Source of the DNA: Anaerolineae bacterium
GTDB taxonomy: Bacteria; Chloroflexota; Anaerolineae; B4-G1; DUEL01
Length of the DNA: 25,646 nt
Direction: 5' to 3'
Assembly (NCBI GenBank): GCA_041082215.1
Contig: JBDOIF010000120.1
Coordinates: forward strand, 62,001-87,646
Below, piece after piece: positions 17,675 to 25,467 of this stretch. The notes beneath the pieces are model-generated. The model did no database searches. It was given only the letters and a program-made list of their open reading frames with translations, and had not been told where the DNA came from. Numbering within the stretch: position 1 is the first letter of the stretch; each line of letters begins with the position of its first letter. Both the position numbers and the translations under genes were made by a program.

Positions 17675-20131
17675 TTAATGAACCTCCACTGACGGCAGGA
17701 GCAACTGCGTCCCGACCATCTCGTCATTCACAGTTATCGGCAGACGCGCCATGGTTCGTGAGTCATATACGCCCAACTGCACCCAATAACGGCCTGGCTC
17801 TATATCCCCGGCAATCGGGACAGGATGGTGCTGTACCAACAGATCGCCTGTGTGCCACCCGATGGTCGGTACATCCAGGCCATCATACTGGCAACGGACA
17901 TTGCCGCTGTCATCGAGAACCTGAACGAATATCTTGAGTGGCGTGCCGTCATCTGTTACGACCCGCCAGTAGGTAACCATCGCCCATTCCTCACCGGGCT
18001 GAATAGTCGGAGTGAGGGTTCGGTAACCCAGAAGCTCGAGCCGGTCACTGAAGCGGACTGGCGGGAGAATCGCCTGGCGTAAATCAGGGGCTTCGCTAGG
18101 GACGAAGGTCATTTCGTTCGAGAGAAATAGCAGCGAACTGGCGGAGATTGTACCTATCCATCCGGCGCGCTCTGTAGAAGCCGCCTTTAGACGGTAGAAC
18201 ACAATCTGCTCTGTTCCATCGCGCTCCGGCATTCGCGTGACGGCATCAGTTTGCTCCCACAGCGGACACCACGAGGGAAATATTCCATCCCGCAGCACGT
18301 ACCACACTTCGGGTTCTGACGGGAGGATACACGAAGTTGCCGGAAGGAACCAACGAAGCCGAAGATCGTTGGTGTGCCACAGAGTTTCGAAGGCCGTAGG
18401 GGGGACCTGATCAACCTGGATGCCTCCCAGTGCCACGGTGACGGTAGGCGCGTCAGGATCGAGCAACCGAGGCACCTCGTAGATTAGGATCGAGTATCCT
18501 GGCTGGGCCACCGGCTCTTGATCGAGAAACCACGCGAATAGCTCTTTGTTGTCGAACAATAGGGCCTGAAGGTTTGTAGCACTGATGGCGTACACACCGG
18601 GTGGCGGGTAGTCGGGATGATAAACCCGCGTGAAAAGGTCGGTCAGATCGTCGGGCTTGCTGGGTATGGCGCGGTAAGGGATGCGATACTGCCACGGACG
18701 GGATTCGCCGAACCAGGAGAGATAGATCTGCGAGATGTTATGTTCCGATATATACCTTTCCAGGGCAGGCAGGTCCTGTCCCCAATCGAGGTTCGAATCC
18801 ACCAGCACCCGATATCCATTACTCGGTCCGACCAGTTCGTTGAAATAGGCAAGATAATCGGGGTAAATGATTAAATTGGCGACCATCAGCCAACCTACAA
18901 GTGCCATTGGAAGGCAGCGGAGTCGGTGCGGAAGCGTGCCCAACATCGCACTCCGGCCAGCAAAGACGAGCAGGGGGGGGAGCATCGGCAACAGCAGACG
19001 ATAGCCGGTGTTGAGAGGACTGAGGAGTGCAAGGCAAAAATAGCCGCCACCTGTTGCGAGCAGGACCGCGTCGCCGAAATGAAGAGAGATGTGTCGTCGC
19101 ACTGTGGACGCCGAGGCCAGGGCAATCGCTGCTAAAGTGGGGAGAGGTGTTTTGACAAGGAAGGCAACAATGAAGTAGGGCCACCAACCCCCTTTGTAAT
19201 GAACCCCGAGCAGGAAGGCATCTTGGGGGACGCTGTAATGTTGGAGCAACCTGGCCAATTCATCGAAATAGGCAGGTGCAGGCAAGCATGTCCCATTCCA
19301 GCGTGGCACCGGGCCGAAGTCGGCTCCGTGGATAAGCCAAATGGTGACGGCAGCAATCCCGCCCATGGCTGTGACTAATACTATGCTAGCAAACGCGCGC
19401 TTCACCAGGGAAAGGGCGGCAAGCCCGCGGAATTGCCCCTTCCACACAGGCTGCCGCACCTGCACTAGGCTGAAGGCCAGGTAAATAGGGATGAGGAAGC
19501 CAGTTGTGAAGCGAGTTGAGCCGGCCATCCCCAGAGATAGCCCAGCCACCGCCAGCCGCCCCCAGCCAGGGCGCATCCAGAAATGGTAAAGAGCCCAAGA
19601 ACTCAGGAGTACGGAAAGCGCCGTGGCAAAATCGAGAGTGAGCAATTGGCCATTTGCCAGCAGGTTTGGATCGAAGGCGCACAGCGCCGCCGAGAGCACG
19701 GCAGCGCGTCTTCCGTACAACTCAGTGGTCCACCGGGAGACCAGGGCGACCATCAACACCATGAGAAACAGGGTCGGTACACGAGCCAGGAACAGAACAC
19801 GGTTCGTGTTGCTTCGGTAGAACAACAACTCCCGACCACAACTACGAGCTGTACCATTTGGCCAACAGGCGTGATCGGTCGGTGCGTTTAGTCTCGGTTC
19901 GGTCAGTAGAAAGACCGTCCCAATTATCGGGCCCAGCGCCGGGTGGTTGGTCTGCAACCAGTAGTTCCCTTCTTTCCAGATAGCGATGCCTTCGCCGATG
20001 TAGGCTTCCTCGTCGAAAGTGGCAGATTTGACCCGCACACTGCTTAATGCCAGCCCGAACGAGATCAGCACCAACATCATAACAGCCCAGATGGGGAGTG
20101 CCTTTAGTTCAAGAGAACGCGGGCGCATCAT
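17675..20131 (-). CDS. GT-C glycosyltransferase (ArnT/PMT-like) with C-terminal module (818 aa), lower GC
   Basis: SATFDE, NHP, LTLD, WWPYF...KTPLP and LVDSNLDWGQDL motifs. Start reassigned to ATG 20131 (MMRPRSLE; alternative 20128), which overlaps the DUF2723 stop as ATGA. Confidence 0.85.
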   Translation of the reverse strand: MMRPRSLELKALPIWAVMMLVLISFGLALSSVRVKSATFDEEAYIGEGIAIWKEGNYWLQTNHPALGPIIGTVFLLTEPRLNAPTDHACWPNGTARSCGRELLFYRSNTNRVLFLARVPTLFLMVLMVALVSRWTTELYGRRAAVLSAALCAFDPNLLANGQLLTLDFATALSVLLSSWALYHFWMRPGWGRLAVAGLSLGMAGSTRFTTGFLIPIYLAFSLVQVRQPVWKGQFRGLAALSLVKRAFASIVLVTAMGGIAAVTIWLIHGADFGPVPRWNGTCLPAPAYFDELARLLQHYSVPQDAFLLGVHYKGGWWPYFIVAFLVKTPLPTLAAIALASASTVRRHISLHFGDAVLLATGGGYFCLALLSPLNTGYRLLLPMLPPLLVFAGRSAMLGTLPHRLRCLPMALVGWLMVANLIIYPDYLAYFNELVGPSNGYRVLVDSNLDWGQDLPALERYISEHNISQIYLSWFGESRPWQYRIPYRAIPSKPDDLTDLFTRVYHPDYPPPGVYAISATNLQALLFDNKELFAWFLDQEPVAQPGYSILIYEVPRLLDPDAPTVTVALGGIQVDQVPPTAFETLWHTNDLRLRWFLPATSCILPSEPEVWYVLRDGIFPSWCPLWEQTDAVTRMPERDGTEQIVFYRLKAASTERAGWIGTISASSLLFLSNEMTFVPSEAPDLRQAILPPVRFSDRLELLGYRTLTPTIQPGEEWAMVTYWRVVTDDGTPLKIFVQVLDDSGNVRCQYDGLDVPTIGWHTGDLLVQHHPVPIAGDIEPGRYWVQLGVYDSRTMARLPITVNDEMVGTQLLLPSVEVH

Positions 20132-23055
20132 TTCCTCATCTCTAACATTCTCCACCACCCCAGCGGCACCACCTCGAACCGCTCGTCCATCGGCAGAAGG
20201 GTGGTCATCCGGAAGCCCTCGTAGGCCGCCAGCACTGCCTGGACCCGCTCGCCGCTGAATCCCTCCGGAACCGCGAGCAGGTGACGGTCCCTCACCTTGC
20301 TGCCGCGGATCCACTTCAGGGTAGGAATGGCCCCCATCGCTGGCTGACTGTCGTGGATGGCCAGCCACCACCCCTCCTCGTCCATCAGCCGCACGCTGGT
20401 GTGGTCGTCCTGCACGAGGGGCCGCAGCCCCACCAGCTCCAGGTCCACCACCACCGGCTCCCCCGGCGGCGCGGGCCGCCCCTGTACCCCCACCAGCGCC
20501 AGGTCCTCCCCCAGCGCCACGAACCGCACATCCGCCCCCGGTGTGGGGAGCGAGACCTGGCCCACCGCCGCGCCCCACGGCCCGGCCGCCGCCACAGCCC
20601 GACCGGCCCCATTGGTCAATCCCAGACGCAACTCCTCCGCCCCTCCTCCCAGGTCCACCGCGACAGTCTGGTAGGCCCCTGCGGGCAGGGGCGGCAGCGC
20701 CACCTGCACCTCCTGCCCGTCGGCGGACCGCACCCGGGCCCGCCATCCCTCCCCCACCGGTCCCCGCCACCGCAGATAGATCCGCAGTTCGTCCGGCTCG
20801 CTCCGGTCGTAATCCACCCCCACCAGCGTCGGTCCATCAGAGAAGGGGGTGGAAAGCCGGTGGAGCGTAAAGGGCGCCCGGTCCAACGGCTCCACCTCCA
20901 GCCAGGCCAGCCGCACCACCGTCTCTCCCTCAGGGGTGGGCACATCTTCAAAGCCCGCCTCCGTGGTGCGGTAGGCCCCCAGCACCACCTGATACCGGCC
21001 TGGGGCCAGGGTCGGGTAGAGGGGAAGCGCAAACCGCTCGAAACGGACCTCGCCGGGGGCGACGTCGGCCTGCAATGTCCGGTCGGCGTTGGCTATGTAC
21101 CCTCCCCCTGCGTCCAGCAGCCGCAGGGTGAGGGAGAGGGAAGGGTCCACCGCCTCTGCTGCCCGCCAGGCCACCGCCGCCTCGACCACCTGCCCCGGAT
21201 GGAATCGGCCCTGTTCGAGCGTATAGCCGACAACCTCGACACCGCTGAAGGAAGCCTCGACAGAAGTGAGGGGAGCGGTCGGAGCCTCCAGCGGCCGGGG
21301 ATGGACGCGGAAGCCGGTCCACCACGGCTCGGTGATGTATCCGTCGAACTCGTAGAAGTGGGTCAGGAGCACCGGCCGTCCCGTTTCCGCCTCCTGAACA
21401 CGCCGCTGCCAGGTCTGACGGTACTCCTCCCCCGGCACGTTGTAGACGTAGCGCGCCTCCACGTCGGGCCGCAATCCCTCGACCAGTTGGAGGTAGCGGA
21501 GGGGGGTGAACCAGTGCCAGTCGGCCAGGATCAGCGCCCCTTCCGGCGCCTCCTCCAGGAGCGGCTCGACCGTCTCCCGCGCTACCCGGTCCTCTGCCAG
21601 TTCGAAGAAACTGGGGGCGTGGGCCCAGCCGTTGAGCAGCCCCGCCCACAGGGTAACGGCGGCCAGAAGGGAGAACCAGGGAATCCCGAACCTCGAACCT
21701 CGAACAGTGATCGGGGAGAGTCCGACGGCGACGGCGGTGGGGAGGTAGGCCGGCATCATGTACTCGACCGTCTGCGGGGCGCGGTAGGTGATGGAAACGA
21801 AGGTGTGCAGCGCCAGACTCCCCCCCAGCAGGGCGAGGAGCCGCCTGTCCCGCCACACAAGCCCCAGGAGTCCCACCAGGGCCAGGGCCAGGAGGAGCCC
21901 GTTGAACTGGAAGGGAAAGAGGGTTGGAAGCAGGGCCAGCCGGTGGGGGAGGTCGGTGGGGTTGGCGAAGGCGAACATGTCGCCGGAGAAGCCCTGGGCA
22001 AAGACGTGGTGGATGAGTCCGGTAAGGGTGTCCCGCCCTGGCGGGGCGAAGGGCGCCCCCTGGGCGGCGCGGATGGGGATATAGGCGAAGGGAAGGAGAC
22101 CTGCCGCGAGCGCCACCAGCGCCCCTTTCCACCAGCGGCGGGGCTGTATCACCAGCCGGGGTTCCACCAGCACCAGGTACAAAAGAAAGAAGACGCTTAC
22201 AAAGGCCAGCGAGGGGTGATGTCCCAGTCCCAGTCCCAGCCCCAGCCCCAGGAGGACGAGCGCCCGATCCGCCTCCCGCCGGTCGGCGGCGGTGGAGAAG
22301 CGGGAGAGGGCATACAGGCAGAGGGCGGCGAAGAAGGCGGTGGGGGTTCGGACATTGGCGATCGTCGCCTGGGCCCAGAAGGTGGTGGCAGTGCCCAGGG
22401 CGAGCGATACCGCCAGGCCGGAGATCAGGCCAACAGAGGGAGAGGCACCCAGCCGATGCGCCCATCGCCGGGTTGCCTGTGCCACCAGCACCAGCGTGCC
22501 AGCCGCCAGCAGCCCGCTCATCAGGTTGAGCCGATAGGCGGGACTTCCCCAGGGGAAGAGGCGGATGAAGAGGTGGCCTGCCATCGTGTAGAGGGGATAC
22601 CCCGGCGGGTGAGCCACCCCCAGCGTCGCCGCCACCGCCTGGAACTCCCCCGCATCGGCAGGGAGGACGTCCGGGGCGGCGGTGAGGAAGTAGAAGAGGA
22701 GGGCCACGGCGGAGGTCGCCCCATCGGCCGCCGGCTCCACCCACCGGGGAAGGGAGAGTTGCTCGCCGCAAGCCAGCCAGATCAGCACGGCAAGCAGGGC
22801 CAGGCCGACCGCCGCTTCCGGGTCCCGCCGCGGCCAGATGATGTAGGGGAGCAGGAAGAGGAGCGGCCAGAGACGGACGCCCCGCCGGGCCAGCTTCAGG
22901 CCGAGGAAGAAGCCGCCCGTCCCCGCCAGCCCCCCCATCGCCACCACCAGTGGCAGGGGCAGGGGCCGACAGACCCCCTCCAGCACGACGCGGGCGAGGA
23001 AGAGCGCGGCGATGGACCCTGGCGCTCCCCCCAGTTGCCTGTTCCGGGAAGTCAT
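20128..23055 (-). CDS. DUF2723 / TMEM260-like GT-C protein with tandem C-terminal modules (975 aa)
   Basis: Hallmark DAGEFQAVAATLGVAHPPGYPLY, plus TFWAQATIAN, GHH and LRYLQLVEGLRPDV. Start reassigned to ATG 23055 (MTSRNRQ), 9 nt after a TATAAT box. Confidence 0.88.
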   Translation of the reverse strand: MTSRNRQLGGAPGSIAALFLARVVLEGVCRPLPLPLVVAMGGLAGTGGFFLGLKLARRGVRLWPLLFLLPYIIWPRRDPEAAVGLALLAVLIWLACGEQLSLPRWVEPAADGATSAVALLFYFLTAAPDVLPADAGEFQAVAATLGVAHPPGYPLYTMAGHLFIRLFPWGSPAYRLNLMSGLLAAGTLVLVAQATRRWAHRLGASPSVGLISGLAVSLALGTATTFWAQATIANVRTPTAFFAALCLYALSRFSTAADRREADRALVLLGLGLGLGLGHHPSLAFVSVFFLLYLVLVEPRLVIQPRRWWKGALVALAAGLLPFAYIPIRAAQGAPFAPPGRDTLTGLIHHVFAQGFSGDMFAFANPTDLPHRLALLPTLFPFQFNGLLLALALVGLLGLVWRDRRLLALLGGSLALHTFVSITYRAPQTVEYMMPAYLPTAVAVGLSPITVRGSRFGIPWFSLLAAVTLWAGLLNGWAHAPSFFELAEDRVARETVEPLLEEAPEGALILADWHWFTPLRYLQLVEGLRPDVEARYVYNVPGEEYRQTWQRRVQEAETGRPVLLTHFYEFDGYITEPWWTGFRVHPRPLEAPTAPLTSVEASFSGVEVVGYTLEQGRFHPGQVVEAAVAWRAAEAVDPSLSLTLRLLDAGGGYIANADRTLQADVAPGEVRFERFALPLYPTLAPGRYQVVLGAYRTTEAGFEDVPTPEGETVVRLAWLEVEPLDRAPFTLHRLSTPFSDGPTLVGVDYDRSEPDELRIYLRWRGPVGEGWRARVRSADGQEVQVALPPLPAGAYQTVAVDLGGGAEELRLGLTNGAGRAVAAAGPWGAAVGQVSLPTPGADVRFVALGEDLALVGVQGRPAPPGEPVVVDLELVGLRPLVQDDHTSVRLMDEEGWWLAIHDSQPAMGAIPTLKWIRGSKVRDRHLLAVPEGFSGERVQAVLAAYEGFRMTTLLPMDERFEVVPLGWWRMLEMRK
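20317..20508. repeat. Intact copy of the ~190-bp direct repeat (partner at 13051-13241)
   Basis: Direct manual alignment of the two segments. Confidence 0.9.
21680..21707. repeat. Short heptamer repeat inside the DUF2723 CDS
   Basis: ggaatcc cgaacct cgaacct cgaacag; encodes VRGSRFGIP between TM helices. Confidence 0.55.
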
Positions 23056-23092
23056 CGGAAGTGGATTATACCACCGGAGATGGGGAAGACAA
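23056..23092 (-). promoter_or_regulatory. sigma70-type promoter (extended -10), near-leaderless, for the right GT-C operon
   Basis: Minus strand reads TTGTCT (23092-23087)-N16 ending TGG-TATAAT (23070-23065)-CCACTTCCG-ATG. Confidence 0.7.
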
Positions 23093-23178
23093 GGAGACCT
23101 TGCAGGGGGCTTCGAAGCAAAGCTGAACAAGTCCTGTACGTATCTATCGCAGGCTGACAGCCCGTGCAGGTGGTTGCT

Positions 23179-23211
23179 TTTGTTCACAAAATATGTACAT
23201 AAGCTATACAT
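23179..23211 (+). promoter_or_regulatory. CarH/LitR-type operator: three 11-bp direct repeats nnnnTnnACAn
   Basis: TTCACA at 23183, TGTACA at 23194 and TATACA at 23205 are exactly 11 bp apart and abut the -35 of the carH promoter. This matches the known CarH operator architecture. Confidence 0.75.
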
Positions 23212-23239
23212 TTGACAATCGGCGCTTTGGGTGTATACT
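23212..23239 (+). promoter_or_regulatory. sigma70 promoter of the carH operon
   Basis: TTGACA (23212-23217)-N16-TATACT (23234-23239), followed by a GAGGA RBS before ATG 23258. Confidence 0.75.
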
Positions 23240-23257
23240 TGAGGATAGAGGACGGAT

Positions 23258-24553
23258 ATGGAGAGAGACTCGCTCTTCAACCTGAGGGCTGTCGTTCGGC
23301 AGACCGGCGTGTCGGCCAGTACGCTTCGGGCGTGGGAGCGGCGGTATGGACTGCCTGTCCCTGCCCGTTCCTCCACTGGCCGTCGTCTGTACTCGTGGCG
23401 GGATGTGGACATGATCCGCTGGCTGGTGGCCCGTCGGGCGGAGGGGATGGGCATCGGCCGCGCCGTTGCCCTCTGGAGGGAGCTGGAGCAGGGCGGGCAC
23501 GACCCCCTTGCCGTCTTCCCTCTTCCTCGAGTGGAGGCCCTGCGTGCCGATGTCTCTCTGACCGGGCTGCGCCAGGAGTGGGTGGCGGCGGTTCTGGCTT
23601 TCAATGAGCTGGCTGCCGAGTCGGCGATGACCCGTGCCTTCACCGTCTACCCGCCGGAGATAGCCTGTCTGGAGGTGCTGCTGGGGGGGATGAGGGAGAT
23701 CGGGAACCGCTGGTATGTCGGCCAGGCCACCGTCCACCAGGAGCACTTCGCGTCGGCGCTGGCGATGCGTCGGGTGGAGGCCCTGATGCAGATCGCGCCG
23801 CCTCCGGTCCGGCCCGTTCGCCTGCTGGTCATCTGTCCGCCGCTGGAGAGCCACTGCTTCAACCTCCTGCTCCTGGCCTACCTTCTCCGCCGATGCGGGT
23901 GGGAGGTGGTCTATCTGGGGGCCGATGTTCCCCTGGAGCGGATGGAGGAGACGCTGCGGGCCCTTCAACCTCGATGGGTCATCACGGCTGCCCAGTACCT
24001 GCCGACGGTTGCCGGCCTGCTGGACCTGGCCCGCTTTCTGGACGGGCGGGGCGTGTCTCTGGGATACGGCGGCCGGGCCTTCAACCAGGTGCCGGCCCTG
24101 CGCCAGCGCATCCCCGGCCATTTCCTCGGCGAGCGGCTGGAGGATGTCCCTCACCAACTGGAGCGCTGGCTGGCAGAGCCGGCCCCGGCCCCTCAGGCCG
24201 AGCCTGCGCCGGACCCCTATCGGCAGGCGCTGGGGGTTTTCCGCGAGCATGAGGTCGTCATCCGGGGCACGGTCTGGTTGGCCCTGGCCAGGGAGGGGGA
24301 CGCGCACGAGTGGCTGATAGACGTTGGGCGGGATTTCGGCCTCCATCTTCGGGCCGCTCTGGCGACCGGCGAGATGGGGCTGATGGATGCGTATCTCTCC
24401 TGGCTGCGGGGGCTGCGGGGGGAGGGGGCTTTGCCGGAGGGGTGGCTTCCACGCTACCTTTCCCACTATGCCGACGCTGTGGATCGGTGGCTGGGAGCCT
24501 TTGCCGTTTTCCTTGTGGATTATCTGAAAGATCGCGCGGGGGAGGCGTTATGA
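23258..24553 (+). CDS. carH: MerR-family cobalamin-binding transcriptional regulator (CarH/LitR-like) with extra C-terminal helical domain (431 aa)
   Basis: MerR HTH TGVSASTLRAWERRYGL...RRLYS; W-x9-EH motif (WYVGQATVHQEH); B12 Rossmann domain ESHCFN...GWEVVYLGADVP...GYGGRAF. Confidence 0.85.
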   Translation: MERDSLFNLRAVVRQTGVSASTLRAWERRYGLPVPARSSTGRRLYSWRDVDMIRWLVARRAEGMGIGRAVALWRELEQGGHDPLAVFPLPRVEALRADVSLTGLRQEWVAAVLAFNELAAESAMTRAFTVYPPEIACLEVLLGGMREIGNRWYVGQATVHQEHFASALAMRRVEALMQIAPPPVRPVRLLVICPPLESHCFNLLLLAYLLRRCGWEVVYLGADVPLERMEETLRALQPRWVITAAQYLPTVAGLLDLARFLDGRGVSLGYGGRAFNQVPALRQRIPGHFLGERLEDVPHQLERWLAEPAPAPQAEPAPDPYRQALGVFREHEVVIRGTVWLALAREGDAHEWLIDVGRDFGLHLRAALATGEMGLMDAYLSWLRGLRGEGALPEGWLPRYLSHYADAVDRWLGAFAVFLVDYLKDRAGEAL

Positions 24554-25458
24554 GGGTCATCATAACCGGAGGGACCGGCCTGATCGGCCGGGCGCTGGCG
24601 GCAGAACTGGTCGCGGCCGGGTACGAGTTGGTCGTCCTCAGCCGCAACCCCCGGCAGGCCTACAGGTTGCCGCCAGGGAGTCGGGTGGACGCCTGGGATG
24701 GCCAAACCGCCAGGGGCTGGGGTGTCCTGGCCGACGGCGCTTTCGGGATCGTCAACCTGGCCGGGGAGAACCTGGCAGGAGGCAGGTGGACAGATGCCCG
24801 TAAGGAGCGAATCCGCCGGAGCCGCTTGGATGCCGGGCGGGCGGTGGTGGAGGCTGTGCGCGCAGCGGAAAGAAAGCCCGCCGTGGTCGTTCAGGCCTCC
24901 GGCATCGGCTACTACGGCCCGTGTGGCGATGAGGAGGTGACCGAGGATTCCCCGCCCGGGTCGGATTTTCTGGGCCAGCTGGCGCTGGAGTGGGAAACCT
25001 CCACTGCGCCTGTGGAGGTGATGGGGGTGCGGCAGGTGGTCATCCGGACCGGGGTGGTGCTGAGCCGGGAGGGGGGAGCGCTTCCCCGGCTGGCCCTTCC
25101 CTTCCGGTTTTTCCTGGGAGGGCCGCTGGGGAACGGTCGCCAGTGGCTCCCCTGGATCCACATCGCCGATGAGGCACGGGCTATCCGGTTCTTGCTGGAA
25201 AAAGAGGGAGCCCGGGGTCCATACAATCTGGCGGCGCCGCAGCCGGTCACCAACCGGGAGCTGGCCCGCGCGCTGGGGCGGGTTCTGCGCCGTCCGGCCT
25301 GGCTTCCTGTCCCCGCGCCGGCTCTGCGGCTGCTCCTGGGGGAGATGTCCGCCATCCTGCTGACCGGGCAGCGGGCCGTCCCGAAGCGCTTGCTGGAGGA
25401 GGGCTTCAGTTTTCAGTTCCCCGAAGCCGGGTCCGCTCTGCAGAATTTGCTTGCATAG
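24550..25458 (+). CDS. yfcH: TIGR01777-family NAD(P)-dependent oxidoreductase/epimerase (YfcH-like; 302 aa)
   Basis: MRVIITGGTGLIG, VNLAGE, QASGIGYYG, RTGVVL, GNGRQWLPWIHIAD and LLTGQRAVPKRL motifs. ATG 24550 overlaps the carH TGA, with a GGAGG RBS. Confidence 0.9.
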   Translation: MRVIITGGTGLIGRALAAELVAAGYELVVLSRNPRQAYRLPPGSRVDAWDGQTARGWGVLADGAFGIVNLAGENLAGGRWTDARKERIRRSRLDAGRAVVEAVRAAERKPAVVVQASGIGYYGPCGDEEVTEDSPPGSDFLGQLALEWETSTAPVEVMGVRQVVIRTGVVLSREGGALPRLALPFRFFLGGPLGNGRQWLPWIHIADEARAIRFLLEKEGARGPYNLAAPQPVTNRELARALGRVLRRPAWLPVPAPALRLLLGEMSAILLTGQRAVPKRLLEEGFSFQFPEAGSALQNLLA

Positions 25459-25467
25459 GAGATAGAA

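Noticed and set aside
13243..20127. Integron cassette array or transposon explanation for the lower-GC block
   Set aside because: No integrase or transposase, no terminal inverted repeats noticed, and the genes overlap or abut, leaving no room for attC sites.
20132..20770. N-terminal extension of ORF 17675-20770 (Gly/Ala/Arg-rich)
   Set aside because: It is an out-of-frame overlap with the DUF2723 gene; the ATGA-coupled start at 20131 directly precedes TM1.
22221..22252. (CCCAGY)n hexamer repeat
   Set aside because: Explained by LGLGLGLG codons in a TM helix.
23056..23643. N-terminal extension of ORF 20128-23643
   Set aside because: It would overlap carH antisense and both promoters; ATG 23055 follows a clear -10 box.
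24310..24549. N-terminal extension of ORF 24310-25458
   Set aside because: It overlaps carH; the Rossmann motif begins right at the coupled ATG 24550.
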